DNA of 43,723 nucleotides, from the NCBI GenBank assembly GCA_029974275.1, contig JARKSN010000335.1:1-43723 (forward strand), given 5' to 3'. This DNA comes from Candidatus Hydrogenedentota bacterium (GTDB lineage Bacteria > Hydrogenedentota > Hydrogenedentia > Hydrogenedentales > SLHB01). Position 1 is the stretch's first letter. Each line of letters begins with the position of its first letter. Under the pieces are notes generated by a model, which had not been told where the DNA came from, did not search any database, and worked only from the letters and a program-made list of their open reading frames with translations. Made by a program: the position numbers and the translations under genes. Positions 27,261 to 37,169 of the stretch are shown here, piece by piece.

Positions 27261-28217
27261 GTGAGTATTGGGACGCGTGAGGCGCCCCGCATCATCGCGG
27301 TGACCGGGCCGACGGCGTCGGGCAAGACCGCCCTTGCCATCGAGCTTGCCGAACGCCTTCACGCCGAGATCATCTCGGCGGATTCCATGCAGGTTTACAA
27401 AGGCATGGAGATCGGGTCCGCCGCGCCCACGCCCGAAGAGCGCGCCCGCGTGCCGCACCATCTGGTCAGTTTTCTCGAACCTGGCGCGCCGTATAGCGCC
27501 GGGATGTTTGAGCGGAAAGCCCGCGCCATCATCGATGACCTCGCGCGGCGCGGACACGAGACGGTGGTGGTGGCTGGCGGATCGGGGTTGTACCTGCGCG
27601 CGCTGTTAGAGGGACTGTTCCCCGGACCGGAAAGGGACGACGTCATCCGTGCGCGGTTGCAGGATGAAGCCGAGGCGGTCGGCGCGCCGGCATTGTTCGC
27701 GCAATTGGAGCGCGTCGATCCCGACTATGCCGCGACGATTCACCCCAACGACCTGCGCCGGATCATCCGCGCGATTGAGGTCCACGAGCTTACCGGACGC
27801 CCCTTTTCGGCGTGGCGCCGCGAGCACCGCGCGACCGCCACATCCATGCAGGCCGTCTCAATCGCCATAGACCATCCCCGCGACGTCCTCTACGACCGCA
27901 TCAACCGCCGCGTCGACGCCATGATCGAGCGCGGATTCGTCGACGAAGTCCAGCGCCTGCTCGATGCGGGGCACGCCCGTCATATCGACCATCTCCGCGC
28001 GCTCGGCTACCGCGAATTCGCCGCTTGCCTGTGCGGCGAGGGGGGGTGCGAAGAGGCCGTTGAAACCATGAAGCGCAACACTCGTCGCTTTGCCAAACGT
28101 CAACTCACTTGGTTCCGCGCCGATCCGAAAATACGGTGGCTGAAGGGGACGCCGGAAAAGACCCCCTCGGAATATGTCCGGGAACTGGAGGATCAGGGGG
28201 TTGTCGCGATGAGATAG
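27261..28217 (+). CDS. miaA: tRNA dimethylallyltransferase
   Basis: GPTASGKT, ISADSMQVYKGMEIG, GGSGLY, IHPNDLRRIIRAIEV, FAKRQLTWF. GTG start at 27261 follows GGAG. Confidence 0.97.
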   Translation: MSIGTREAPRIIAVTGPTASGKTALAIELAERLHAEIISADSMQVYKGMEIGSAAPTPEERARVPHHLVSFLEPGAPYSAGMFERKARAIIDDLARRGHETVVVAGGSGLYLRALLEGLFPGPERDDVIRARLQDEAEAVGAPALFAQLERVDPDYAATIHPNDLRRIIRAIEVHELTGRPFSAWRREHRATATSMQAVSIAIDHPRDVLYDRINRRVDAMIERGFVDEVQRLLDAGHARHIDHLRALGYREFAACLCGEGGCEEAVETMKRNTRRFAKRQLTWFRADPKIRWLKGTPEKTPSEYVRELEDQGVVAMR

Positions 28218-28888
28218 GTGACCCGCACGGTGGCGGCGCATGTCATCCGTCGAAGCGAGGGAAGGTGTTCTTTGGAACCGCTCGGGCGATTCCAGGTTGC
28301 GTCTTGCATGACGACTTTTTCCACTTGGGATATGACGGCTCCCATGATCGCGGCGGCGCTTTCCGCGGGTGGATACGCCTTTTCAATCGCTTTCGCCACC
28401 GCGCTCTGGAGCAGCGGTTTGGGATCGTCCAGTCCCAACACCGGGCCTTCGAACCCGCACGATAGTTTTTCCGCCGTTGCGCGCAATTGATCGCACACGG
28501 ACGCAAATTTGGCCAGTCCGTCGGACACGCCCGTGAAGTCCTTGCAGGAAAACCGGACGCGGGCGTTGCGCGCTACGACAACCAGGGCCGCATCGGCCAC
28601 GGCCGGCTCGAACACGACGAGTTCCGATGGCGTCAGGCCGCGTTTCTCGAACTCTTCGCGGAGCGAGGTCTCGAAAGAGGCCGAAGCCTTGAGAACTTCC
28701 GCGACCGATCCCCCGGTGCGCATGGAATGGAACCAGAATTCCGCATAATCAGGCGCGGCCTCGACCGTGCCCTCTCCGATGGTCTCGATGGTGATGGGCT
28801 CCGGCTGAACGCGCTGCTGCTGTTGCGCCAACGCGCCGCTGACGAAGGTCAACGCCACACACAATCCCCGCATGCTGGCCCGCATCAT
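28193..28888 (-). CDS. Exported SIMPL-domain (DUF541) protein
   Basis: Signal peptide ending ALA-Q; TIETIGEGTVEAAPDYA N-terminal motif, AVAKAIEKA...A helix and C-terminal ATVRVTY strand. Confidence 0.75.
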   Translation of the reverse strand: MMRASMRGLCVALTFVSGALAQQQQRVQPEPITIETIGEGTVEAAPDYAEFWFHSMRTGGSVAEVLKASASFETSLREEFEKRGLTPSELVVFEPAVADAALVVVARNARVRFSCKDFTGVSDGLAKFASVCDQLRATAEKLSCGFEGPVLGLDDPKPLLQSAVAKAIEKAYPPAESAAAIMGAVISQVEKVVMQDATWNRPSGSKEHLPSLRRMTCAATVRVTYLIATTP

Positions 28889-29130
28889 GGACGATCTCCT
28901 TCTCGCACGATTCCGGTCGGCGCGGCGCAGGCCGCCGCCATCGGCCTGATTATTTCATAGAAGCGGGTCGCGATACGACCTCGCCGGATCAGAGCGGCGG
29001 GAGCGTTCCATTTCCTGGTTCTGTGGCGCGCCATGACCCTGTTGCGCCTACGCCCCGAGATTGGTAGTGTTTTTGCATGAATGCCGACGCGACAACAACG
29101 AGCCGCCCGCGGCGGTCTTGCTCAGACCGC

Positions 29131-29526
29131 ATGCAGGTATTGTGGTTGCGGGCCGGGTTCTTTTTGGCTGGCGCGATTCTGTTCGGGGCGGTCTTGTTTG
29201 TCTTGCACACATGGGGCGGCTCGTGGGCTCGCGTCGCGTACCGTCCCATACTCATGCAGCGCGTCGATGAAGCGCGCGCCCGAGGCGCGTTTGGTGAAGC
29301 CGAGGCGCACTTGTTGCGCGCGTTGAGGGTTTCGCCGGCGTATGCGCCGGACGTTTTCGCGGAGGTCCGTCTGGATCTATGCGTGATGCCGGAACTCGCG
29401 CAACGCCTCCGGCAGCTTGTGCCTTCCCTGGAAGAGCCTCATGTTTCGCATGTGGAGGCGGGACGCGACAGCGCGCTGTTTGCGGCGCCTATGGCGCACC
29501 CAAGCAGCACGGCGAACCCCGAATAA
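29131..29526 (+). CDS. Hypothetical membrane-anchored protein with one TPR-like helix pair
   Basis: N-terminal TM, then GAFGEAEAHLLRALRVSP. The 3' end overlaps the convergent ligase gene by 88 bp, so it may be truncated or spurious. Confidence 0.45.
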   Translation: MQVLWLRAGFFLAGAILFGAVLFVLHTWGGSWARVAYRPILMQRVDEARARGAFGEAEAHLLRALRVSPAYAPDVFAEVRLDLCVMPELAQRLRQLVPSLEEPHVSHVEAGRDSALFAAPMAHPSSTANPE

Positions 29527-30728
29527 TACACGAACGGCATGACCAGGCTGATCGCGCCGTAGGCCCCAAGCAGGACTGCGTATGCCGCCAAGCGCGCCCG
29601 CTCGTCCGGATTCGAGCGCGCCCTCAGCCATGCGGCGCACAGCGAAGCGGCGATGCAACTCCACAGCCAGCCGTAGGCAGCCAGCCCCGTCCATCCGGTT
29701 TCAATCCAGAGCAGCAGCGGAACGTTGTGGACGGTCACGGCCGGCGTTTCGCCAAGCGGGTCTTCAAGGTGGATGACGGCTTTGTGCGCCGTATCAAGGC
29801 CAAAGCCGAACGCACCGCCTTCCTGGGCCCGGTTCATCATGCCCGCATAGTGCCAGACGCGCGAGGCGATTGAGGCGTCGCCGCCTTGCCGAAATTCCGT
29901 CGCCCGCCGCTGCACTGACTCGATCAATGCGGGGTGGATTGCCCAGACCATGGCCGTGATTCCCGCGGCGGCCGCGACGCCAACGCCCAGAACACGGAAA
30001 CGGCGTCGCGACGCGACGACTCGGAGCAGCGCGAGCGCGATGCATACGGCCCATCCCGCGCGAGACATCGTGAGGGCAAGGCCAACGGCGATCGCCAGGA
30101 ACGCTCCTGCGGACAACCCCGCGCGAAAGCGCCCCCGCCACAATCGCCGTTCGAACAGCAGAAACGATGTCGCGAACAAGAACAGCAACGCTTGGTGATT
30201 GGGGTCCGGCAGGCCGACGCTCAAGCGCCGGATGCTCGAATTCGCGATGATCGAATCAGCCGCGGCGGGGACGTGACCCCAGAAAAAACTGTCCATGGCG
30301 GCCAGGCCGCTCAATGCCGCCGCGGACACGAACAGCGCGGGAATCCGGACTTGAACGGATTCGGATCGGGCAATTTCCGCAATTGCGTAGAATAGCAGGG
30401 CATACTGGAAAAATGTTTGTGTCGCGTTCCAGGAAGCGTCGGAATCGATCGAATGCGGCAGCGAGGCAAGACAGGCCGCCGCAAACAGCGCGATTCCCGA
30501 TTCAATGTGCGCCCGGGCAAAAGGAGGGCGGCGTTCCGACACTCTCCGGATAACGTGGACCAGCACGGCAAGTCCGCCCATCGCTTTGGTCAACGTCCAC
30601 CCTGCGCCCGGGATCGTCGTCAACGCCTGCAGCGGCAGGGAAAACACGAGGGCGTATAGGGCGTAGCGCTCGAGGGCGCACAGCGCGAGAGATAGACGGC
30701 TGTGCGGCGGCTGTGCGGCGAGAGTCAT
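29439..30728 (-). CDS. O-antigen ligase / Wzy-like membrane protein
   Basis: Multi-TM; DPNHQA, LTMSRAGW, SIASRVWHY, GFGL, VHNVPLLLWIETGWTGL. ATG at 30728 overlaps the upstream stop (ATGA). Confidence 0.88.
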   Translation of the reverse strand: MTLAAQPPHSRLSLALCALERYALYALVFSLPLQALTTIPGAGWTLTKAMGGLAVLVHVIRRVSERRPPFARAHIESGIALFAAACLASLPHSIDSDASWNATQTFFQYALLFYAIAEIARSESVQVRIPALFVSAAALSGLAAMDSFFWGHVPAAADSIIANSSIRRLSVGLPDPNHQALLFLFATSFLLFERRLWRGRFRAGLSAGAFLAIAVGLALTMSRAGWAVCIALALLRVVASRRRFRVLGVGVAAAAGITAMVWAIHPALIESVQRRATEFRQGGDASIASRVWHYAGMMNRAQEGGAFGFGLDTAHKAVIHLEDPLGETPAVTVHNVPLLLWIETGWTGLAAYGWLWSCIAASLCAAWLRARSNPDERARLAAYAVLLGAYGAISLVMPFVYYSGFAVLLGCAIGAANSALSRPASTCET

Positions 30729-31861
30729 TTCCGGTTCTCCAACAAGAGCGCCGCGGGCAGGTCCGCTCCCAGCGAAACGGCTTCCGCGGCGCGATCGCCG
30801 CCGGACAAACAGGCGACGAATGCGTACGCCTGAAGCGCGTCCGGGGCGGGCAGAGCCTTCAGGCCAAAACGCTCCAATAGCAGTCGCCGCGCATCCATAG
30901 ACATACGCGCCACGGCCTCGCCCGATGCGCATCCCGCCAGCAAGGCCGCCCCGCTTTCGCGTTCGATCCAGTCCTGGAATTGGCGCGGGGCGCGAGTCAA
31001 CGGAGCAAAACAGAAGGTCGCGTCCCGAATCACTTCGCCCGAAACGGCATCCACCACGGCAAACCACCATCCCCTCGGCGTGGATACGCACCGGCGTCTC
31101 CCCTCCGACAACACCCCGTACGTGTTGCCGGTCGCTCCTCCGTGGGCAAACACGGCGATGGCGGTCGCGGAGGTTTCTCCGACAGCGCACGACGGCAAGT
31201 CTTGCGGTTCGGCGCCGAGCCATGTCAGGAGCGCGGCGCTCTCCTCCGGGGTCGGCTCAGGGTTCAGTGCGCCAAAAGCGAGACTGCCGCAAATGCGGCC
31301 CGCCTCCACGAAATCCGTGGATGCCATCGGCAACGGCGGCGCAGTCTCCCAAAACGTCAACAGAGGATTGTCCCCCTGCGCCGACAAGCGATGCATTCGC
31401 AAACGCGCGAGCGGATTCTTCATGGACTCGGGATAACGCGCTTCCAGGCGGTTCACGAAATCGCGAACGGCATCTTCGGTCGGCGGAACTCCGTTACTGG
31501 GAAGCAAGGCGCAGGCGTCGCCCGCTTCCGGCGCCGTTGCGAGGCAAATGCCGAGTCGGATTGCATCGGTCTGTCCCGCCGCTACGGCCAGATGTTCGAT
31601 CGCGAATTCTGGAAAGCCGCGCTCGAACATGATCTCGGCCGTGATCGCGTGCAGCGGGCGGAAATACGGGTGGACGAGGAGGAGTTTTCGCGCGAATTGC
31701 GAGGCCTGGTCCCACTCGCGCTGCCGGGTGAGGTCTTCCAGGCGTCGCAGTTCGGGAAGCGCCGCGCCGGGAAGCGCGCGCGCGTTCATGGCGATTTGCG
31801 CAACCACCAACGCGAGAACCGTCGCAACGGCGGCAGCGGCGAGTATCGCGTCGCGCGGCAT
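30725..31861 (-). CDS. Membrane-anchored protein with TPR-like region and C-terminal ILEI/GG-like domain
   Basis: N-terminal TM and a TPR-like segment. C-terminal RGWWFAVVDAVSGEVIRDATF...LLAGCASGEA...AYAFVA resembles ILEI (PF15711); judged by eye. Confidence 0.6.
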   Translation of the reverse strand: MPRDAILAAAAVATVLALVVAQIAMNARALPGAALPELRRLEDLTRQREWDQASQFARKLLLVHPYFRPLHAITAEIMFERGFPEFAIEHLAVAAGQTDAIRLGICLATAPEAGDACALLPSNGVPPTEDAVRDFVNRLEARYPESMKNPLARLRMHRLSAQGDNPLLTFWETAPPLPMASTDFVEAGRICGSLAFGALNPEPTPEESAALLTWLGAEPQDLPSCAVGETSATAIAVFAHGGATGNTYGVLSEGRRRCVSTPRGWWFAVVDAVSGEVIRDATFCFAPLTRAPRQFQDWIERESGAALLAGCASGEAVARMSMDARRLLLERFGLKALPAPDALQAYAFVACLSGGDRAAEAVSLGADLPAALLLENRK

Positions 31862-31871
31862 CGTGCGTCCG

Positions 31872-33020
31872 TTACGGCGCGCTGGCCGGCAATATAGACA
31901 GTTCACATCCATCGAACCACAACGTTCCTGTCCCGCCTGGCGACGATTCGGGCGCGGGACGTCGCAAGAAGACCAGCATTTTGTCGGTGTCGCCGGGGAC
32001 CGCGAACGAGATCGACGTCAAGGTCCAATCTTGCGTTCCGCTAACGGCGGGCTCGCTAAAACGGCAGAAGGCCTGATAGCCTTTTTCGCCGTGCTGGACT
32101 TCGATGCCGGCCTGTCCTGCCACGTCGCGACTTTTGACGTAGGCGCGCAACAAGTAGGAGGCGCCGGGAACAAGTCCGCTCACTTCCTGGGCAATGCCCA
32201 AATTGGCGCTGGCATCGCAATTCACCATGAGCGAGGCCGAACCTTCGAGGAAGGGTTCCGAGCCGCTCCCTTGCTTTACGCCCTGCGTATCCATGATGTT
32301 CCAAGCGACGGGCCGTCCGTCGCGCCATTCTTCGAAACCGGCGTTTTGGAGCAGGTTGTTTCGCGCAATGGGCGTCGCTTTCAACTCCGCCCTGTCCCAC
32401 CATACGGCACCGTTTCCGTCCGAAGCGAGGGAAGACGCCAAAACGAGTTGAAGACGCTTCGTGAACAGAGGCGGCTCGAATGACAAGGAAACCAATGTCC
32501 ATTCGTTTTCGGAAAGCGTCGTCTTTTCTCCCTGTGCGGCAAACCGCGCCGCGCCGCCTTCTGCGTCCCGCGCTTCGGTGCGGACGTCTCCTTTTCCGCG
32601 AACAAGCGCCCGGGCCTGGTACATCGTTTTGCCGGTCACGTTGATCGTCTGCTTGAGCTCGCAGGAGGCGACGCCTTCGATGCGCAGGCTGCGATCGCCG
32701 CTCGCCACCAGCGGCAACGAGGTCTCGGCGCGTGCGGCCTCGGCAGGCAAGACGGACCATCCCTCCGGGCTGTCGTTGGCGAATTTCTCGAAATCTCCAT
32801 TGATCAGCGCATTGGGGCCTGCGGCCCCTTCGGCAAGGGGAGGGATCGGGACGGGATCATAGACCACCATCGTTCCCGGAGCCGGACGATCGGGAGCGGA
32901 CGCCACGGGGCCGGTCTGCTCTTTTTGCGTTTTGCTGCAGCCGACCACAAGCGCCGCCGCACAGCCGATCGCCAGCATTCGCCCAACTCTTCCCCATCCG
33001 CAATGTTTTTCGGATCGCAT
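31872..33020 (-). CDS. Lipoprotein with two CBM4/9-like carbohydrate-binding domains
   Basis: Lipobox-like LVVGC; two modules, each starting N(A/L)L.N..FE and ending WWDRAEL or WFDGCEL. GAGG lies upstream of the ATG at 33020. Confidence 0.8.
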   Translation of the reverse strand: MRSEKHCGWGRVGRMLAIGCAAALVVGCSKTQKEQTGPVASAPDRPAPGTMVVYDPVPIPPLAEGAAGPNALINGDFEKFANDSPEGWSVLPAEAARAETSLPLVASGDRSLRIEGVASCELKQTINVTGKTMYQARALVRGKGDVRTEARDAEGGAARFAAQGEKTTLSENEWTLVSLSFEPPLFTKRLQLVLASSLASDGNGAVWWDRAELKATPIARNNLLQNAGFEEWRDGRPVAWNIMDTQGVKQGSGSEPFLEGSASLMVNCDASANLGIAQEVSGLVPGASYLLRAYVKSRDVAGQAGIEVQHGEKGYQAFCRFSEPAVSGTQDWTLTSISFAVPGDTDKMLVFLRRPAPESSPGGTGTLWFDGCELSILPASAP

Positions 33021-33087
33021 GCCTATTGTTCCTCGCGCGTAGTTCATTCGTTCGCCAAGCCGCTGCTACGGCGCCGCTTTTCGGGAC

Positions 33088-33096
33088 AGTATAGCA
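33088..33096 (-). promoter_or_regulatory. Extended -10 element upstream of the lipoprotein/ILEI/ligase unit
   Basis: Minus strand TGCTATACT; weak -35. Confidence 0.4.
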
Positions 33097-33284
33097 CCGC
33101 GCCGCCAACCGTTCACGGCGATCGCCTGCAGAATGCGCGGGCAGGCGCTCAGGACGAGCGTGACTCAGCGAAGGCCGCCGGATCGATTGTTTCTCGGAGC
33201 GTTCCTCGGTATCCTTTCGTGGGCGATGTTTGGCGGGGCGCTGTTTTGGATGCGGCCGGATCTGGGAAAAAGGAGGACTGCTTC

Positions 33285-34304
33285 ATGGGGGTTTCGATGT
33301 TGTTCGTGATCAGTTCGCCTCGGTCAGGCAGCACGATGCTGGAACGGATGCTCGAGTCGCACTCAATGATTCTCGGCGGTCCGGAGCCGCATCTCATAAC
33401 CCCGCTGGCGCATCTGGGCGTATGGGATAAAGTGGACAAGGCCCCCTACGATCACATTCTCGCGGCAGAGTCGCAAAAGCTGTTTGTTGCGAAGTTGCCG
33501 CATGGCGAGCAGGACTATTGGGACGCGTGCCGGGCGTATTGCGACGTGTTGTATGGGCGGTATCTCGCGACCAGCGCGAAGACCGTCTGTCTTGACAAGA
33601 CGCCGGCGTATGCCTTGACGCTGCCGTTTTTGATGAAGGTGTTTCCCGACGCGAAGTACGTCGTGCTGACGCGGCATCCGCTCGCGACTTTTTCGTCGTA
33701 TGCCAATTCTTTTTTCAACGGCGATTACCAGGCGGCCCATGCCTACAATCCGTTGCTGGAGCGGTATGTGCCGGCCATTGCGCGGTTCCTGCGGCAGCAG
33801 TCGGTGGGGCATCTGCACGTGCGCTACGAGGACCTCGTCAAGGACCCGGAAACGTGGATGGAGCGCACGTACGCCTACATTGGCGTGCCGTTTGAGAGAG
33901 ATACGGTCGATTATGGAGTCAAGACTCCAACGCAGAACAAGCCGGAGGGACTCGGCGATCCGTTGGGCGTGGATCGGCACACGCGTCCCACGACAGGATC
34001 GATCTCGAAATGGGTCGAGGAGCTTGCCGCGGACGCTGACAAGCGCGCATTTATGGAGAACGTCATGGGACGCCTCGATCCGGACGACTTGACCGTTCTC
34101 GGGTATCCCGTGGAGAGCCTCTGGAAGCCGCTCGAAGAGGCTCTGGGCCGGTCTATCGCGCCGAGGGCCAAGTCGTCGTTCTCGCTTTACCATGCCCAGC
34201 GCAAGGCGATTGTCGCGTTGCGCGCGGCGGCGCGGCGCCACGGCCCGCTGCGCAAGACGCTTTCGAAAATACGGTTGGCGTGCGATGTCCTGCTGCGCGA
34301 GTGA
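33285..34304 (+). CDS. PAPS-dependent sulfotransferase
   Basis: 5'-PSB motif SPRSGSTML, DKTP, 3'-PB motif RHPLATFSS, VRYEDLVKDP; AGGAGG before the ATG at 33285. Confidence 0.92.
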   Translation: MGVSMLFVISSPRSGSTMLERMLESHSMILGGPEPHLITPLAHLGVWDKVDKAPYDHILAAESQKLFVAKLPHGEQDYWDACRAYCDVLYGRYLATSAKTVCLDKTPAYALTLPFLMKVFPDAKYVVLTRHPLATFSSYANSFFNGDYQAAHAYNPLLERYVPAIARFLRQQSVGHLHVRYEDLVKDPETWMERTYAYIGVPFERDTVDYGVKTPTQNKPEGLGDPLGVDRHTRPTTGSISKWVEELAADADKRAFMENVMGRLDPDDLTVLGYPVESLWKPLEEALGRSIAPRAKSSFSLYHAQRKAIVALRAAARRHGPLRKTLSKIRLACDVLLRE

Positions 34305-34379
34305 GATGGAAATCGCCGGCGAAGCGTGGTACATAGAGAGTTGTTTCTTCGACGAACGCAGCAAAGGAGACCATCTGGA

Positions 34380-34619
34380 ATGTCGGAAACGGGCGATACG
34401 ATTGCGTTGGCGTACCTTGCCTTGGCGGTGTTCGCCGAAGACGGGACGCTCGACATGCGGGAATTGGACGCATTGCTGGCGCAGGCGCGCCGCGACAACA
34501 AAGTGACGGATCAGGAGAAGCGCATCCTGGCGAATGTATTCGATCGCATTGGCCGCGAGGACGTCGCGACGGACGTGTGGGACCGCATCCAATCGGTCCG
34601 CCGTCAATACGAAATCTAA
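34380..34619 (+). CDS. Small helical hypothetical protein (TerB-like acidic motifs)
   Basis: 79 aa; VFAEDGTLDMRELD...RDNKVTDQEKRIL; AAGGAG RBS upstream. Confidence 0.7.
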   Translation: MSETGDTIALAYLALAVFAEDGTLDMRELDALLAQARRDNKVTDQEKRILANVFDRIGREDVATDVWDRIQSVRRQYEI

Positions 34620-34630
34620 GCGCATCGCCC

Positions 34631-35245
34631 ATGCGTCTTTTTCTCATACGCCACGGGCAATCGCTCGAGAACCTGAACGGTCCTCTTCCCCCGGACGCCG
34701 ATCCGCCGCTCACCGAACTGGGTCGACGGCAGGCGCAGCGCGTCGCCGATCGTTTTGCGGGGATGAAGCTGGACGTATTGTATTGCGGTCCGTTGCGGCG
34801 CAATCTGCAAACGGCTATTCCTCTTGCGCGGGCGACAGGCCTCGATCCTTGCCTGCTGCCTTCGCTTCACGAAGTTGGCTCAACGGTCGATGCAACGAAT
34901 TTCGCGTATGCCGTCGAGCAGTTTCCGCGCATCCGGATTCTTTCCGAAGCCGCTTACGATCGGCTGGCGCCAAACGAAACGCGGGTCGAGGCTTTTGAAC
35001 GCGCGGGAGCCTTGGTCGCATGGCTTTGCGGCGCCCATGTGGCGGCCGAGCAGGCCGTGGCCGTGGTCACGCACGGCATGTTTTCCGATCTTCTGTTGTC
35101 GCGCTTTTTGGGGATGGCCTTTGCGGACTATACGCGCTTCAGCACCGGCAATTGCGCCGTGCATATCGTCGACGTGACGCCGGACCGTCTTAAAGTCCTT
35201 AAACTCAATGACGAATCCCACCTCCCCGAGCCGGATCGCACCTGA
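34631..35245 (+). CDS. Histidine phosphatase (phosphoglycerate mutase-like) family protein
   Basis: LFLIRHGQS, DPPLTELGRRQA, LHE, VVTHG, LNDESHL. Confidence 0.92.
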   Translation: MRLFLIRHGQSLENLNGPLPPDADPPLTELGRRQAQRVADRFAGMKLDVLYCGPLRRNLQTAIPLARATGLDPCLLPSLHEVGSTVDATNFAYAVEQFPRIRILSEAAYDRLAPNETRVEAFERAGALVAWLCGAHVAAEQAVAVVTHGMFSDLLLSRFLGMAFADYTRFSTGNCAVHIVDVTPDRLKVLKLNDESHLPEPDRT

Positions 35246-35494
35246 TCGCAGACGCTTTTTCTCCCGGAATGGGGGCTTTTTCCCCGCGTCCCGCGTCTTT
35301 TGATCCAGAAGAAGGCGCGGAAAAGGGAAAACAACGGTCTTCTCGCGTCGGATGTCTTGAGGAGCGCGTTGTGCCGCAAGCGTTGCGTCACGCTTTTCCG
35401 TCTTTGCATCCGATCGCGGGGCTCCAAGCGCTGGGGATAATAGGCCTAAACATCCAAGTGGCGCAGCGTTTACGGTTCTGCATCCGCTGATCGA

Positions 35495-35524
35495 TTGACG
35501 CTTGTGCAAGGCTTCCACTATGAT
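35495..35524 (+). promoter_or_regulatory. Putative promoter of the WecA-like gene
   Basis: TTGACG, 18 bp, TATGAT. Confidence 0.55.
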
Positions 35525-35633
35525 GCCATACGCGGATGCCAATGTGCGGAACGGCGTTGTTGTCGTGCGAGACGGGGGCTGGGAAAGCCCAGGCCCGGAT
35601 ATCGACTGGAAGGGCGGTCTGTTGACGAGGCAT

Positions 35634-37169
35634 ATGTTGATAGCCAGCGCTGCGGCGCTTTTTTTCATCTCTCTGCTTGCCACGGCGTTGCTTGTTCCCT
35701 TTGTCATGCGGTTCGCCCGGGCCATAGGCGCGGTGGATCGAGGCGGCTACCGGAAGGTTTTTCAGGGCGCGATGCCGTTGTTGGGCGGATTGGGCATAGC
35801 CTTGCCGCTCATCGCGTTGTGTCTGACCGGCGCCGTCGCAGGCTACGGCGTCGTTCGTCACTGGCAGTGGTTTTGGCTTTACCGTCGAGACGCGTTCGAC
35901 GCGTTGTTTTCGTTGGCGGGCGAGCGCGGCAATTTTATGACGTTGGCATGGGGCGGCGCCGCCATTGTGGCGCTGGGTCTGGTGGACGACATCAAAGGGA
36001 TGCGCGCTCGCTGGAAGCTTGCCGGGCAGACGGTTGTCGCGATCATGGTCTGCTTGTCGGGGCAGATGCTCACTACGGTGTCCCTGCCGTTTTGGGGGAG
36101 CGTCACCTTGGGCGCCGGCGTGGGCGGGCTGATTAGCGTGCTGTGGATAGTCGGCCTGATCAATGCGTTCAATTTGATCGATGGCGTGGACGGCCTTGCT
36201 TCGGGCGTTGCCTTGGTGGGGGCGGGGGCCCTGATCGCGCTGAGCCTGATTCAGCAAGATGTTTTCGTGATGTTTGCCGCCGCTGCGTTGACCGGGAGTC
36301 TGCTCGCGTTTCTGTTTTATAATTTTCCTCCGGCGCGGATATTTCTTGGCGACACGGGCAGCATGTTTCTGGGGTATGCGTTGGCGTTGCTTTCGCTTTC
36401 GGGGGCGCAAAAATCCGAAGCCGCGATGGTTGTCGCGGGGCCCATGCTGGCCCTCAGCCTGCCGTTGTTTGAAACGGTCGTCTCCATTCTCCGCCGTTCC
36501 GTTCGAGGGGTTCCGTTATTTGCGGGAGATGCGCATCATACGCATCACCGGCTTTTGAGCAAGGGTTATTCGCAGCCGAGGATTGTGATCACCTTTTGCG
36601 GCGTGGCGCTGCTTCTTGCGGGAGCGGGGGTCATGTCCGCGTTGATTCCCGCTGGATCGCGCTGGGGGTGGTGTCCGTACGCGGTATACGCGGGGTCGCT
36701 TCTGTATATTGCCGTGCTGGCGGGTTATCTTCGCCCGGCGAGTTTCGAGGCGACCCTGGAACGGCATCAGCGCAACAAAGGTTTCCAGGCCTTGGCGCGC
36801 TACGTCGCTCCTCGGTTGGGCAGGGCCAGGCCGTCCGTTGAAACGGGGTTGCTGTTGGAACTGTGCCGGCAGGAACTGGAACTTGCGGGCATCGAGGTGC
36901 GGCGGCAGGCGAACCGGCTCGTGTTGCTTGCGACGCAGCCCGGCAGCGACGACGCGGCGCGAACGCCCTTCGAAACGTTTGGGGTGAAATCGTCCGACGG
37001 TCAGGATCTTTTGGTCGCGTATGCGTTTGTTTCCGCCCCGGACGAAACCCGGCGCCAGGATGTTTGCGCCTGCTTGGCCGCGATTTTTGACGGGATGGAT
37101 ATCGACGAGTTGGACGCGGTCATTTCGCGCGATGGCAATCGGCGCAACTCAATCCCCGGACAGCCTTGA
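35634..37169 (+). CDS. Undecaprenyl-phosphate GlcNAc-1-phosphate transferase (WecA/TagO, MraY family) with C-terminal extension
   Basis: PLLGGLGI, GLVDD, NAFNLIDGVDGLA, YNFPPARIFLGDTGS, DAHHTHHRLL; about 140 extra hydrophilic residues after the last TM. Confidence 0.92.
   Translation: MLIASAAALFFISLLATALLVPFVMRFARAIGAVDRGGYRKVFQGAMPLLGGLGIALPLIALCLTGAVAGYGVVRHWQWFWLYRRDAFDALFSLAGERGNFMTLAWGGAAIVALGLVDDIKGMRARWKLAGQTVVAIMVCLSGQMLTTVSLPFWGSVTLGAGVGGLISVLWIVGLINAFNLIDGVDGLASGVALVGAGALIALSLIQQDVFVMFAAAALTGSLLAFLFYNFPPARIFLGDTGSMFLGYALALLSLSGAQKSEAAMVVAGPMLALSLPLFETVVSILRRSVRGVPLFAGDAHHTHHRLLSKGYSQPRIVITFCGVALLLAGAGVMSALIPAGSRWGWCPYAVYAGSLLYIAVLAGYLRPASFEATLERHQRNKGFQALARYVAPRLGRARPSVETGLLLELCRQELELAGIEVRRQANRLVLLATQPGSDDAARTPFETFGVKSSDGQDLLVAYAFVSAPDETRRQDVCACLAAIFDGMDIDELDAVISRDGNRRNSIPGQP

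Noticed and set aside
37132..37146. CxxCH (CADCH) heme-binding motif at the C-terminus of the CBM-ligase fusion
   Set aside because: It lies inside the 50-bp overlap with the convergent WecA-like gene, three residues from the stop, with no cytochrome fold context; probably chance.
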